Virus record (IMG/VR): IMGVR_UViG_3300025929_000003
Coordinates: 4,421 to 68,420 of that record
Source: a virus
DNA length: 64,000 nt
Strand: one strand, 5' to 3'
Shown here: in pieces, positions 10,507-19,636 of the stretch
Numbering within the stretch: the stretch's first letter is position 1
Layout: each line of letters begins with the position of its first letter
Made by a program: the position numbers and the translations under genes
The notes under the pieces: model-generated
The model's database searches: none
Told to the model about the DNA's origin: nothing
The model's input: the letters and a program-made list of their open reading frames with translations, nothing else

Positions 10507-11244
10507 TTATTGGTTTAGGTAGCGTTCAACTATTTTTTCTCGCAAAATGTATTCAGGTGTGAGGTATTGGTTTTGGGTGCTAATATGGTATTCATCACGA
10601 ATAGCCCTGTTTAAAACTACAATCAAGTCTTTGGAAGCATATTTTTTTAATCTTGCGTTTAATGCCGAGCATGTTGCATCCGTTACGGTATAAGTAGATT
10701 TTTTGCCAGTTCGTGTTTTACGTAAAGAGTTAAACTTTTCTATAAACAGTCGGCATTTTTCTTTTGAAGATAAAGCGCCATCCGTCGATGTTGGCGTAGA
10801 CAACTCGACAATAGTATCTTTAGATACTTCTTCTCTTATCTTCTCTTCTTTACTCTTCTTTATATTGGTTATGTTTGGGTTTTGTAAAAATAACCCATTC
10901 GGTTTTTCTTCGGTTATTTCCTTACGTGGACGACCACCAAGCGACCCGTTGTTCCTGTTTATTGCCTTTTGAACCTCCTTGCTTTGCATCTGCTCATTTA
11001 AGAATGATATGGAGATATTGTTGCCGATTATTTTTATACAGTTGCAGTTAATTAACTCATCTATACCATCGGCTACAGACCTGAATTTCTTTTTAACGTT
11101 ATCCAGTGTAACGTCGCAATCTTTTGACCAGTAATAGGCGCAAATGTTGATGAATATTCCCTGCAGTTCAAATGTTTCTAAAGTAATATCCCCATTAGAC
11201 CAATCGCCAATGTAAAACTTAAAGTATGGTATTTCTTTAGCCAT
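10507..11244 (-). CDS. DUF1376/YdaU-like replication initiator or helicase loader
   Basis: N-terminal PYFKFYIGDW..., lambda O-like position upstream of the helicase. Confidence 0.65.
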   Translation of the reverse strand: MAKEIPYFKFYIGDWSNGDITLETFELQGIFINICAYYWSKDCDVTLDNVKKKFRSVADGIDELINCNCIKIIGNNISISFLNEQMQSKEVQKAINRNNGSLGGRPRKEITEEKPNGLFLQNPNITNIKKSKEEKIREEVSKDTIVELSTPTSTDGALSSKEKCRLFIEKFNSLRKTRTGKKSTYTVTDATCSALNARLKKYASKDLIVVLNRAIRDEYHISTQNQYLTPEYILREKIVERYLNQ

Positions 11245-11245
11245 T

Positions 11246-11665
11246 TTAAAATGATTTTAAAATTGAATTATATCTATCAATGGCAGACTTTAAAAAACAA
11301 ACCTTCATTTCTACAGGGACTTTTCCAAAGGTTGTTTTCTCATAAAATGCTATTCCTAATTTACCATCTATTTTAATATAGACCTCAAAATCATATTGGT
11401 GTGAAACCTTTTCGATATGTAAAACTGTGCCCTTATATTCATTTATGATATTATGAATTATTGCATGGCAGTATTTACAAACCGTTTTTAATTCAATTGG
11501 GTCTATGTCCCAAGGATTACCTTTATACGAATCATGGTGAACGTGTAAAGTGCTTTCACCATCATCACACAGTCTACACTTGAAACTATCCCTTTGTAAT
11601 ATCTCTAATCTTTTCTTCTGCCACCGCGGGTCAAGAAGTTTGTCTGAGTAGTTTTTATTGCTCAT
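11246..11665 (-). CDS. HNH endonuclease (McrA-type)
   Basis: DPRWQKKRLEILQRDSFKCRLC...LHVHH...CKYCHAIIH. Confidence 0.85.
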   Translation of the reverse strand: MSNKNYSDKLLDPRWQKKRLEILQRDSFKCRLCDDGESTLHVHHDSYKGNPWDIDPIELKTVCKYCHAIIHNIINEYKGTVLHIEKVSHQYDFEVYIKIDGKLGIAFYEKTTFGKVPVEMKVCFLKSAIDRYNSILKSF

Positions 11666-11702
11666 TTTGTTTACAGGTTGAAAAAGTTTATAGCCAAAAA
11701 AA

Positions 11703-11867
11703 TCATTTGGCGTGGATTAAAATAGTGCCGTTTACCTCAGTCGCATGAATTTCTTTTGTTTCAATCTGCTTATCGATTGTAGGCCGACTGATATTGTACG
11801 CACGGGCATACTCTGACTTTGTATAAGTCTTTTTTGGGTTGATGGTAACTTCCTTGTCTTGTATCAT
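11703..11867 (-). CDS. Small HTH DNA-binding protein (Cro/Xis-like), leaderless
   Basis: Hand-found 54 aa, TKSEYARAYNISRPTIDKQI; start 4 nt after TATATTTG. Confidence 0.7.
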   Translation of the reverse strand: MIQDKEVTINPKKTYTKSEYARAYNISRPTIDKQIETKEIHATEVNGTILIHAK

Positions 11868-11871
11868 GGTT

Positions 11872-11901
11872 CAAATATAGTTTATTTTTACAACTTGTCA
11901 A
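11872..11901 (-). promoter_or_regulatory. Promoter of the replication operon
   Basis: Minus strand TTGACAAGTTG...AAACTATATTTGAACCATG. Confidence 0.6.
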
Positions 11902-11917
11902 ATTTTATTTCAAAAAA

Positions 11918-11942
11918 AACACCGGGTTACGACGCCCGGTGT
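11918..11942 (-). terminator. Intrinsic terminator
   Basis: CACCGGG-loop-CCCGGTG with a preceding A8 tract (U tract on the minus strand). Confidence 0.7.
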
Positions 11943-11997
11943 TATGCCAAAATACGAACCGCCGAGGTGGCGACCGAATAGGTGACAAAGGTAGTGA

Positions 11998-12348
11998 TTA
12001 TTCTACAAAAGAAGCTAACGAATGAACTATGCCCCTAAATAAATAATCTTTTGCTTGTTGCTCGGCTGGTAATTGGTCGTAAGGCACAAAACACGGATGC
12101 TCTTTTTTATCGGCATCCTTTACCGGACCATACTTCCAACCCGTTTCCTCTTTTTCCTTTAGCCAACTGTTGTGGCTATCATCGGTACCAGCATCGGGGT
12201 TGTTCAAATGGAAGTCAATGCCTTTTAACGCCGAATCTTTCTGCCATTGTGGTGCGCTTGCCCAAGTTGGTTGTGAATTGTCGCCCTGCGTCTCGCAAAG
12301 GGCTTTGTTTGCCTCATGGCAAATCTGTGCTACTGCTTCTCTTGTCAT
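11998..12348 (-). CDS. RyR-domain protein
   Basis: HNSWLKEK..GWKYGPVKDADKKEHPCFVPYDQLP..Q..KD. Confidence 0.8.
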   Translation of the reverse strand: MTREAVAQICHEANKALCETQGDNSQPTWASAPQWQKDSALKGIDFHLNNPDAGTDDSHNSWLKEKEETGWKYGPVKDADKKEHPCFVPYDQLPAEQQAKDYLFRGIVHSLASFVE

Positions 12349-12367
12349 TTTTTAAAAGTTATTATTG

Positions 12368-12742
12368 TTAAAATAAAAATTCAGTGTACCTAAACCCTTG
12401 AAAACCCTTCATAGGTATTTCAAATGGTGCTTTTACGCATTGTCCAGTCATTATAACCATGTTTCGGTTTTTATAACTCCGTTCAACGCCACCATCAGAG
12501 AACTTGCCTGTATGGTTTTTTACATAGCGAGTAACAGTTAAGCGATATTGAACTTTTCCATCCCAAACAAGATAGCAAAACTCTACCTCTTTGGCTGGAA
12601 CTCCACTGCCACAAAACTGCATCCATTGATATGAGCCGTCATCTGTGCGTTCTAAAGCCTTAATTACCGCTTCTCTACCGCCTGGATACATTTTATTCAT
12701 AAAATCTTGCCCGAGGGTCAATACTATGGCGTCTCTTTGCAT
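12368..12742 (-). CDS. ASCH/PUA-like protein
   Basis: C-terminal IPMKGFQGFRY motif. Confidence 0.45.
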   Translation of the reverse strand: MQRDAIVLTLGQDFMNKMYPGGREAVIKALERTDDGSYQWMQFCGSGVPAKEVEFCYLVWDGKVQYRLTVTRYVKNHTGKFSDGGVERSYKNRNMVIMTGQCVKAPFEIPMKGFQGFRYTEFLF

Positions 12743-12744
12743 GA

Positions 12745-13287
12745 CTACAGTGGCAAATCGTCGTCGTCATCCTCTGGCGAGAATAAGTCATCAGCCAAAC
12801 TGGTGTCATCGTCCATCGGCAACACCTTGGCACCGCCCTCAGCAAACTCACCAGCTTCGTTGTTCTCCTCAATTTGCTCATCCAAGTCCAGCTTGCGCTG
12901 CAGGATGTTGTAGTCGCTGGCGTGAAGGTCTTCTACTTTAACGACCTCACCCGTCTCTTTCAGGCGGTACTCGCGCTTCTTCGTCTCGAAGTTGGCGTAT
13001 AACTCGCAAGCCTTATCCACGGTGGCGTACTTGTTGTTGATGTGACCCGAGAGCAGGGTGATCTGCGCAGCCTCTTTGTCGATTTTGTTCTTAAACTCGG
13101 CGGCGTTGGTTTTCTTCTCGGCTTCCAGCTTGGCTTTGGTGGATACACACTCGGCTATCTCGTTGGACTTTTCAAGGAGTTCCGTGTTGCTAAACTCGTG
13201 GCGGACTGGCACGATGACCATCGATGAAAGTAAGTGCTCTTGGTTTTCGGTAGGCTCTACTGCCTGTTCTTTTGGTGTTTTTGACAT
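12745..13287 (-). CDS. Coiled-coil hypothetical protein with acidic tail
   Basis: 180 aa; visibly GC-richer than neighbours. Confidence 0.7.
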   Translation of the reverse strand: MSKTPKEQAVEPTENQEHLLSSMVIVPVRHEFSNTELLEKSNEIAECVSTKAKLEAEKKTNAAEFKNKIDKEAAQITLLSGHINNKYATVDKACELYANFETKKREYRLKETGEVVKVEDLHASDYNILQRKLDLDEQIEENNEAGEFAEGGAKVLPMDDDTSLADDLFSPEDDDDDLPL

Positions 13288-13321
13288 AAATTGTTGTTTT
13301 TAAATTATTGATTTGTGTTAA

Positions 13322-13519
13322 TTATTTTAATTGTTCAAACTCTTTTTTGGGTTCGTTGTACCAGTTAGACCTTTTAGCCATAGTCTTATCGAAGTTTTCA
13401 AGGCACCCAACAAGATACTCTGCTAAAATGAAATCAGGTGTGCTACTCCCACTCTCTAATGAATATCTGTTTAACAATGCCGAAAGGGCTATTGTAAATG
13501 GCGTTTTAGGATTTATCAT
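13322..13519 (-). CDS. Hypothetical protein
   Basis: 65 aa, LLNRYSLESGSSTPDFILAEYL. Confidence 0.65.
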   Translation of the reverse strand: MINPKTPFTIALSALLNRYSLESGSSTPDFILAEYLVGCLENFDKTMAKRSNWYNEPKKEFEQLK

Positions 13520-13710
13520 TTGTAAAAAATGTTATTTAAATCGTTGATTATAGGTTCGTCTTTATATTCTTCTTGCAGATTTTTTGCCAACTCAGGCTCA
13601 TTCTTTTCAATACACGGCATACACATCCATTCGGGTTTTAAGGTTCCTATTTCTCCCGTTCTGTGAAGCATAATTTCGTTTACGCTTTTGTTACACTTTA
13701 CGCATTTCAT
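13516..13710 (-). CDS. Small Zn-binding hypothetical protein
   Basis: CxxC...CxxC. Confidence 0.6.
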   Translation of the reverse strand: MKCVKCNKSVNEIMLHRTGEIGTLKPEWMCMPCIEKNEPELAKNLQEEYKDEPIINDLNNIFYK

Positions 13711-13712
13711 AA

Positions 13713-14180
13713 TTATTTAGTTTTAAAGTTAAGTTCAATATTTTGGTCTGGCAACGGCAACTCTATCATACAGAAATCCCTTGCGAACATTCGCACGTTT
13801 TCGGTAAACTCCATCGCCTCAATGGTATTCATATCCCTTGTGTCCTGTATCGTGTAAGCAATCTCACCGCTTTCTACGTCGGCTATAGGATGTCCCTCTT
13901 TATCCAGCAATGGCTTTTTAGCATACATTGCCTTTAAGGTCATTTTTACGCTCTCTAATGAATTTCCAGTTTCATCTGCTATCATTTGTAGGCACATGTG
14001 TAAATAGCTATTCTGCGCCAAGCTACGTGGCCTCCTGCGGCTTTTAATCTCCACTGTGACACGACTTCCGTCCTTATAAGCCAGCATAAGTTCTTTGTAG
14101 ACGTATGCCTCGTTGATAAAATGCAGAGTGGCGTCGTGGGCGGTGTGGACTATTGTGGCGTCAAATGTTCTTACTGACAT
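13713..14180 (-). CDS. NinB/YbcN-like recombination accessory protein
   Basis: RSLAQNSYLH...TRDMNTIEAMEFTENV. Confidence 0.7.
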   Translation of the reverse strand: MSVRTFDATIVHTAHDATLHFINEAYVYKELMLAYKDGSRVTVEIKSRRRPRSLAQNSYLHMCLQMIADETGNSLESVKMTLKAMYAKKPLLDKEGHPIADVESGEIAYTIQDTRDMNTIEAMEFTENVRMFARDFCMIELPLPDQNIELNFKTK

Positions 14181-14554
14181 ACGAAATAGGTAATTATGAT
14201 TAGCACTAACTGATGAAGAAACTGGTCAATGCCAAACAATGTCCAGTGATAGTACGAAGCGGTGTCTTGAAAAACAGGAAACCACTTATTCATTCTTCCT
14301 TTCCACACATCAATTAAAAAGTGCGTAATAAACTCGAAAATAACGATCACCAATAGTAAATGTGATGGATACATAAACGGCATTAATATTACCCATACCA
14401 TCATAGCATGCACCAATGCGTGGATTGCAATTGGGCGTAGTGGGTAACCAAAATGCTTTGCCTTTAGCATGTATGGGCGTGAAAGCCACGTATAGTCGGC
14501 AAACAGGTGCCCGACGTTTAGGGCGATAAGTATTATCAGTGATTTACTATTCAT
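14171..14554 (-). CDS. DUF3307-like membrane protein
   Basis: HLFADY, HALVH, HFLIDVWK, DQFLH motifs; hydrophobic helices. Confidence 0.75.
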   Translation of the reverse strand: MNSKSLIILIALNVGHLFADYTWLSRPYMLKAKHFGYPLRPIAIHALVHAMMVWVILMPFMYPSHLLLVIVIFEFITHFLIDVWKGRMNKWFPVFQDTASYYHWTLFGIDQFLHQLVLIIITYFVCQ

Positions 14555-14627
14555 TTTTTCGTATTGGCTTTAATTAATTTCTCTTTATCCTCGGCAAACA
14601 CCTTCTCCCGCGCGGCGATGTAAGCGG

Positions 14628-14831
14628 CTACGGGGTCGGGCTTTGGCGGTGATTTTGGTTTGTTTTTAAACTGCATAGGTCTTGAATAAACTCTTTAATA
14701 TCGGTACACCTATTTTCCAAAACCGTTAAGTCGTCGCCAGTTGGTTTGTTGGTTTTAATGTGCCATGTAATGTTACCTAAATACCTATCGTACTTGAAGC
14801 GTAACTTTTCAATCTTTTCGTCAGTTGTCAT
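14628..14831 (-). CDS. Hypothetical protein
   Basis: Likely start MTTDEKIEK within the longer ORF call. Confidence 0.45.
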   Translation of the reverse strand: MTTDEKIEKLRFKYDRYLGNITWHIKTNKPTGDDLTVLENRCTDIKEFIQDLCSLKTNQNHRQSPTP

Positions 14832-15297
14832 AATCTCCAAATTAAATACCACTTGCCGTCCGTAACATCTCTCATCACATTGATGATGTGAAAGGCGAAG
14901 TCGTTCCCGACAAAATCCTTTAGTTCGTCGATGGTTTTGAATGTTGCGTAGTCTATCATGGCTAATCGCAGTAAAATAAATGCCAGTCTTCAACTATTTC
15001 GCCATTGTGATACGACAGAATAGGGTTGATACTGATAATGTCGCCGCAGCGGATGTTTAAGTTGGCCCAGTCGAGCAACTCTTGCTCACTGGTGAAATGT
15101 TTGCTTAGTAACATTGATTATCCTCCTATGATTTGTGTGGTACCATCGTCGCACAGAATGTACCGTGTGCCATTATCTACTTCTTTAATGTAACCATACT
15201 TAACGGTTCCGTCAGGGTAATCTAAGGTAACTCTTGTGCCCTCAGTCATTAATGGTTCGTTTTGGTTTTCGTTCATTGTGCTTTTGTGTTTTATGGG

Positions 15298-15612
15298 TTA
15301 AAAAAATCTTTCAATATAGCTTACCACGAATACATTAAATCCGCAGAACTGTAAAGCGAACTCAAAGTGCTCAGGTAGTTTAATCTTCATTGCACTACAA
15401 ATCTCCTCAGCGTATCCACGGGGCATCATATGCTCCCTAAACTCGTTGTAAACGTGGGGCATCATGTTATAGTCAACCACCAGTGTTATCATTTGCCCCT
15501 GAATAGTGATACTCCTGTAGAAGCCGGTTTCAAGGCGACCATACTCTACGCCCCGAATAGCTTCGTATAACTTGTCGGTTAGTGGTTTGATTTTTACTTT
15601 TTCTTCATTCAT
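15298..15612 (-). CDS. Hypothetical protein
   Basis: 104-aa ORF. Confidence 0.65.
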   Translation of the reverse strand: MNEEKVKIKPLTDKLYEAIRGVEYGRLETGFYRSITIQGQMITLVVDYNMMPHVYNEFREHMMPRGYAEEICSAMKIKLPEHFEFALQFCGFNVFVVSYIERFF

Positions 15613-15629
15613 CGTATTTTGGGTTTATG

Positions 15630-16283
15630 TTATTGAATATCTCTATAGGTTTTCCCTGTTACAATACCCTTTACACACGTATTGTTAATGCCAATCATAC
15701 CGGCAACTATGGTATAAGTATGACCTAAAGAATAAAGGGTTCTTATTTTTTTTACCGTTTCATCTGAAAGTTTTCTTTGCGAAACTTGGGGGCAATACAC
15801 TTGCCTTCGGTCATTCTTTTCTTTTATGGCTAATAAGGCAGCTTCTTTAGAAAATAAATCCTTTCGCATCCAAACTATGTCCCTTCTTTTTTGAGTAAAC
15901 TCAAACAATCGTTTTCTTGAAGAACACTCATGTATTATTTCAGCATCAAAGTTCAAAACAACATACTCAGTAGGGACGTGTCCAAGATTATTTTCCTGTG
16001 CGTGTTTAATATTTTCATCCCCCGTACACCACTCTAAATTCTCCACACGATTATCGGTTTTGATGCCGTTTTTGTGGTTTACCTGCGGCTTATTCTCGGG
16101 GTTAGGGATGAATGCGGTGGCAACCAATCTGTGAACAGAATAAGAACCAATATTTCCAAGAGTGATTTTATAATATCCCTTGTTTGATATGCTCGGTATC
16201 CTAACCGTCCCTTTTTTTGAGTTTAAAACTGTACCTGTGTCAGTTATTATGTAATGGCTATTATTTATTTTTCGTTTGTTCAT
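15630..16283 (-). CDS. HNH homing endonuclease (HNH_3)
   Basis: [37 protein letters not shown]. Confidence 0.9.
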   Translation of the reverse strand: MNKRKINNSHYIITDTGTVLNSKKGTVRIPSISNKGYYKITLGNIGSYSVHRLVATAFIPNPENKPQVNHKNGIKTDNRVENLEWCTGDENIKHAQENNLGHVPTEYVVLNFDAEIIHECSSRKRLFEFTQKRRDIVWMRKDLFSKEAALLAIKEKNDRRQVYCPQVSQRKLSDETVKKIRTLYSLGHTYTIVAGMIGINNTCVKGIVTGKTYRDIQ

Positions 16284-16831
16284 TACTTCTTCTCTAAAAT
16301 ACCTGTTAACTTCTTATCAAAATATACCCTGAAATTACTATCGCCATTGTTGTCAAACGTTAACTGCGCGATAATCTTCCTTATTCTATCCTTATCGTTC
16401 CCCTTGAAGAAGAACTTAGGATGAACCATAAACGTTGCCTTGGTGGGTTTGCAAATTAGCAGACCCGCCTTATTCAATTCGCCCCACGCCTGTTTAACTG
16501 TTTGGTCGGCATACCTTACACGCTCATTAGTTATTTTGCTGATAAACTCATTAAAAATCTTTCTTGAACCAGCCGTATGATAAACAATATTCGTATCAGT
16601 CATTTCCTCAGTCAGCCAGTCCATCAAATTCCTTGCACACGGGCTTAATCCAGCCAAAAGGTATAAACAGTTATGGAAGCGCTTAGTATGGCTTAAAACA
16701 ACCACCTCCTCATGCTCACCAGGCAACCTCATCTCCATTCCGCCATCTTCTTTTATTACCCATCCAGCATAGTAATTGATTATCAACGGTACGTTTTTAT
16801 TATTCATCAGTATATTAGTTTTATAAACCAT
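16283..16831 (-). CDS. RepL-like winged-helix protein
   Basis: [15 protein letters not shown]...[11 protein letters not shown] matches the RepL-type wing motif. Confidence 0.6.
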   Translation of the reverse strand: MVYKTNILMNNKNVPLIINYYAGWVIKEDGGMEMRLPGEHEEVVVLSHTKRFHNCLYLLAGLSPCARNLMDWLTEEMTDTNIVYHTAGSRKIFNEFISKITNERVRYADQTVKQAWGELNKAGLLICKPTKATFMVHPKFFFKGNDKDRIRKIIAQLTFDNNGDSNFRVYFDKKLTGILEKK

Positions 16832-16922
16832 TAGTATCTACACAACAAACTTACGGTATATTTATTAAACTACCAAATATATATTTAAAAAGATACTAAC
16901 TACTATTTGAGTATACCTACAC

Positions 16923-16979
16923 GATACTGGTCAGTATTGTCCAGAGATACTGAAAAGTATTTAAACTACTGATTATCAA
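16923..16979. promoter_or_regulatory. Tandem palindromic operator/iteron pair plus TGATTATCA box
   Basis: ATACT-N4-AGTAT at 16924-16937 and 16947-16960; ACTGATTATCAA at 16968-16979. Confidence 0.5.
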
Positions 16980-17436
16980 TAATAGTTGTCCCTATAGACA
17001 TTTTATTTATTTTAAAGAGTATACGCCTCAAGTCCATTTATCAAAAAATTTTATTATACCGTTTTTTAAACCACTGTTTTAGCATTATGTAGCGGAAGTG
17101 ATGCAGTAACCGCCCAAAAGACGGGGGTGGGTCTTCCGGTTTTAAATCACGTTTACTCAAGGCGGGTACCCTCGGATAAAAAGTATTTCTCACCAGCGGC
17201 AAGCAGACCGGCAGAGACGCAACCAACACGCACACGCGCAAAGCTGTTTAGGCAATAGACGCTAAGCAGAGGGGCACAGCAAGGCTTATCAACCAACCTA
17301 TACGCACAACCCATTTGCAAAAGCGGATAGTATTACGTTGCTTTGTATCGCACTACGACAAGCACTCTTGCAAAATACCTTTTTTAAGTTACATTTGATT
17401 TAAGGCTTGTTTTAGGCGATTTAAGACACTTTGTTT

Positions 17437-17874
17437 ATGGGACAACACCAAGTATTAGATTTTCAAGAAGATTTAATAGACGAGGAATACAGGGCTCAGG
17501 GGGTAGTAACACTTGCCAATGGGACTGTTATGTCGCTTCATACATTGCTCATAATTACAAGTAAGCTAATCGGAACACCTCCAAGCAAGATCAATAAGCA
17601 TATACCACCCGTAAAGAGTATAAGGGGTAGAACATGCTTTCAATTGTTGATAACGGTTAATTGCCGTCCTAACTGTACGGCTAACAAGCTAAAGAACTAT
17701 GTGGGGAGTGATAGTAGGGTAATCAACAAGGTTATTGATCGGTTGTTATTATTAGGGTTTATCCAACACACGAGGCGACCGCGCAAGATGCCTATTGGTG
17801 CCTTTGTGATTGACGATACGTATAGGATAACCTCTAAAGGCCGTAGTGTATTACGCAAGATAACAGGCATGTAA
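17437..17874 (+). CDS. MarR-like winged-helix protein
   Basis: ANKLKNYVGSDSRVINKVIDRLLLLGFI...YRITSKGRSVL. Confidence 0.7.
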   Translation: MGQHQVLDFQEDLIDEEYRAQGVVTLANGTVMSLHTLLIITSKLIGTPPSKINKHIPPVKSIRGRTCFQLLITVNCRPNCTANKLKNYVGSDSRVINKVIDRLLLLGFIQHTRRPRKMPIGAFVIDDTYRITSKGRSVLRKITGM

Positions 17875-18001
17875 CCTGGTTTTCACATTATTGCAACAAA
17901 CACAAGTACGATTTTCACCTTGATTATCAGCGTGTTATAAACTTTGTTGCATTATTTGCATTATTTTGTTGCATAATTAAAATATAGTTTGCACCTTTGT
18001 T

Positions 18002-18382
18002 ATGTCGGAAGCAATAAGGCTAACGATTAAAAACATTCTCAAGATGAAAAAGCTAACCAAACAAGACGTACAAATTGAAGTAATTGCCGACTATGATACA
18101 ATACCGGTTCGTGGCAATGCTATTGATAGCGGTGACGCTGAATACGATAAAGAAGTAGAGGACAAGATTATTAACGCCATTGATAATGGTGATGTATGGG
18201 CATGGGCAAGTGTAGAAGTAAAGGCCACTTACAAGGGTTTAACCGCTTCAACTTATTTAGGATGCTGTTCTTATGCCAGTGAAGAAGATTTCAAGTCAGA
18301 CGGTTATTATGCGGATATGGTTAGCGAGGTTATAGAAGACCTGAATAGCCAGTTAAACGAACTGATTGAAGAACACGCATAA
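18002..18382 (+). CDS. Early hypothetical protein (acidic)
   Basis: 126-aa first gene of the early operon. Confidence 0.7.
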   Translation: MSEAIRLTIKNILKMKKLTKQDVQIEVIADYDTIPVRGNAIDSGDAEYDKEVEDKIINAIDNGDVWAWASVEVKATYKGLTASTYLGCCSYASEEDFKSDGYYADMVSEVIEDLNSQLNELIEEHA

Positions 18383-18430
18383 CGCAGTTATTTACCACCA
18401 GCCAAATACGACACTTTAATAATTACGACA

Positions 18431-18700
18431 ATGTTTAACGATATAAATTTCAACAAAGCTAAAGCGCACGAAGCAAATAACCAATGGTTTGAGGCTGCGC
18501 AGCTATGGCGTACAATGGGACGCAACGATGATTTTAACGCCTGTATGCTGTTACATAACGCTGTAAGCGCTGGCGATACCTATCGCAATAGGGTTGCTAA
18601 CGAATTGGGAACAGAGCCCGACAAAGCAGAAAACCCGCATAAATGGGTAAAATGGTATGACGGAATGACTAAGATATACAACGAGGTATTCAAGAAATAA
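18431..18700 (+). CDS. Early hypothetical protein
   Basis: ORF preceded by ATAATTACGACA. Confidence 0.65.
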   Translation: MFNDINFNKAKAHEANNQWFEAAQLWRTMGRNDDFNACMLLHNAVSAGDTYRNRVANELGTEPDKAENPHKWVKWYDGMTKIYNEVFKK

Positions 18701-18742
18701 CCAACAAGCCAAAATATTCACGAACTTCATAATTACGACAAA

Positions 18743-19087
18743 ATGAAAATAGAATTATTAACTCCCGAACAACACGATCAATTATTAAACATACATAATT
18801 CATTCCCTGAATTAACCTTAGAAAATAAAGGCTATGAGGGCATCAATAGGCGCGAATTAAGTGACGAAGCAAAGGAAGCTGATAAGCAAGTTAATGCCAT
18901 TTTAAAAGCTAACGTTTGCGGGTTTAGCTCATTCCAAAACTTCTGCCACACTAAAGACGGAGATATACGTATTCGTTTACAATACAATTGGGGTGCCGAA
19001 GATAATACCATGCCGTTTACAGGTGTTGGATATGTGTTACTATCTGAATTATTAAACGGATTTAACGAAACTACTATTAAATCTTAA
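18743..19087 (+). CDS. Early hypothetical protein
   Basis: ORF preceded by ATAATTACGACA. Confidence 0.65.
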   Translation: MKIELLTPEQHDQLLNIHNSFPELTLENKGYEGINRRELSDEAKEADKQVNAILKANVCGFSSFQNFCHTKDGDIRIRLQYNWGAEDNTMPFTGVGYVLLSELLNGFNETTIKS

Positions 19088-19091
19088 TACC

Positions 19092-19340
19092 ATGTCAAAA
19101 GCTACAGAATATTACGAAAAACGTGTTAATAATATCAACACGATTAACGAGTGGATTTTAAAAGAAGGCTACGAAATTCACACTAACAGGGAGGGCGTTT
19201 TAACCTGCTTAGGCTTATACAAGCCAGCACCCACAAAGAACGATATACCCGAGTTTTTAAAGTACCTTAAACGTGGAGCACCCGCCGAGATAAATAATTA
19301 CGTACAGGGCATGTATGATGCCTTAAACCTTTGCAAATAA
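19092..19340 (+). CDS. Early hypothetical protein
   Basis: 82-aa ORF. Confidence 0.6.
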   Translation: MSKATEYYEKRVNNINTINEWILKEGYEIHTNREGVLTCLGLYKPAPTKNDIPEFLKYLKRGAPAEINNYVQGMYDALNLCK

Positions 19341-19347
19341 TATTACC

Positions 19348-19572
19348 ATGATAACCACCATCAACAATAGCCACAGGATATTTTTAATATCAGGCGACCA
19401 AAATACAAGCTATGTATGTAATTTGGAAGATGTAGAAAGGATTGTTTTATCCTTTGATGACTTATCATCTGTAAAGTTTCAACACCGTTGGAACGGCTAT
19501 TTTAAACACTGTTCTAAAAAATCAGTTATTGACATGCTTAAATCAATGAACCTTAATTATAAATTCTTATAA
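19348..19572 (+). CDS. Early hypothetical protein
   Basis: 74-aa ORF. Confidence 0.6.
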   Translation: MITTINNSHRIFLISGDQNTSYVCNLEDVERIVLSFDDLSSVKFQHRWNGYFKHCSKKSVIDMLKSMNLNYKFL

Positions 19573-19636
19573 CCATGCAAACCCTAAAACGCATCCTTGC
19601 AGCCCTTAGCCGATTTGCTAACAACTGCTAAAGAGA

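Noticed and set aside
7501-11665. Methylase plus HNH as a restriction-modification system
   Set aside because: They are separated by replication genes; orphan methylases and free HNHs are ordinary in phage replication operons
17041-17241. 66-aa minus-strand ORF in the divergence gap
   Set aside because: GTG start inside a low-complexity GT tract, atypical composition, no recognisable motif
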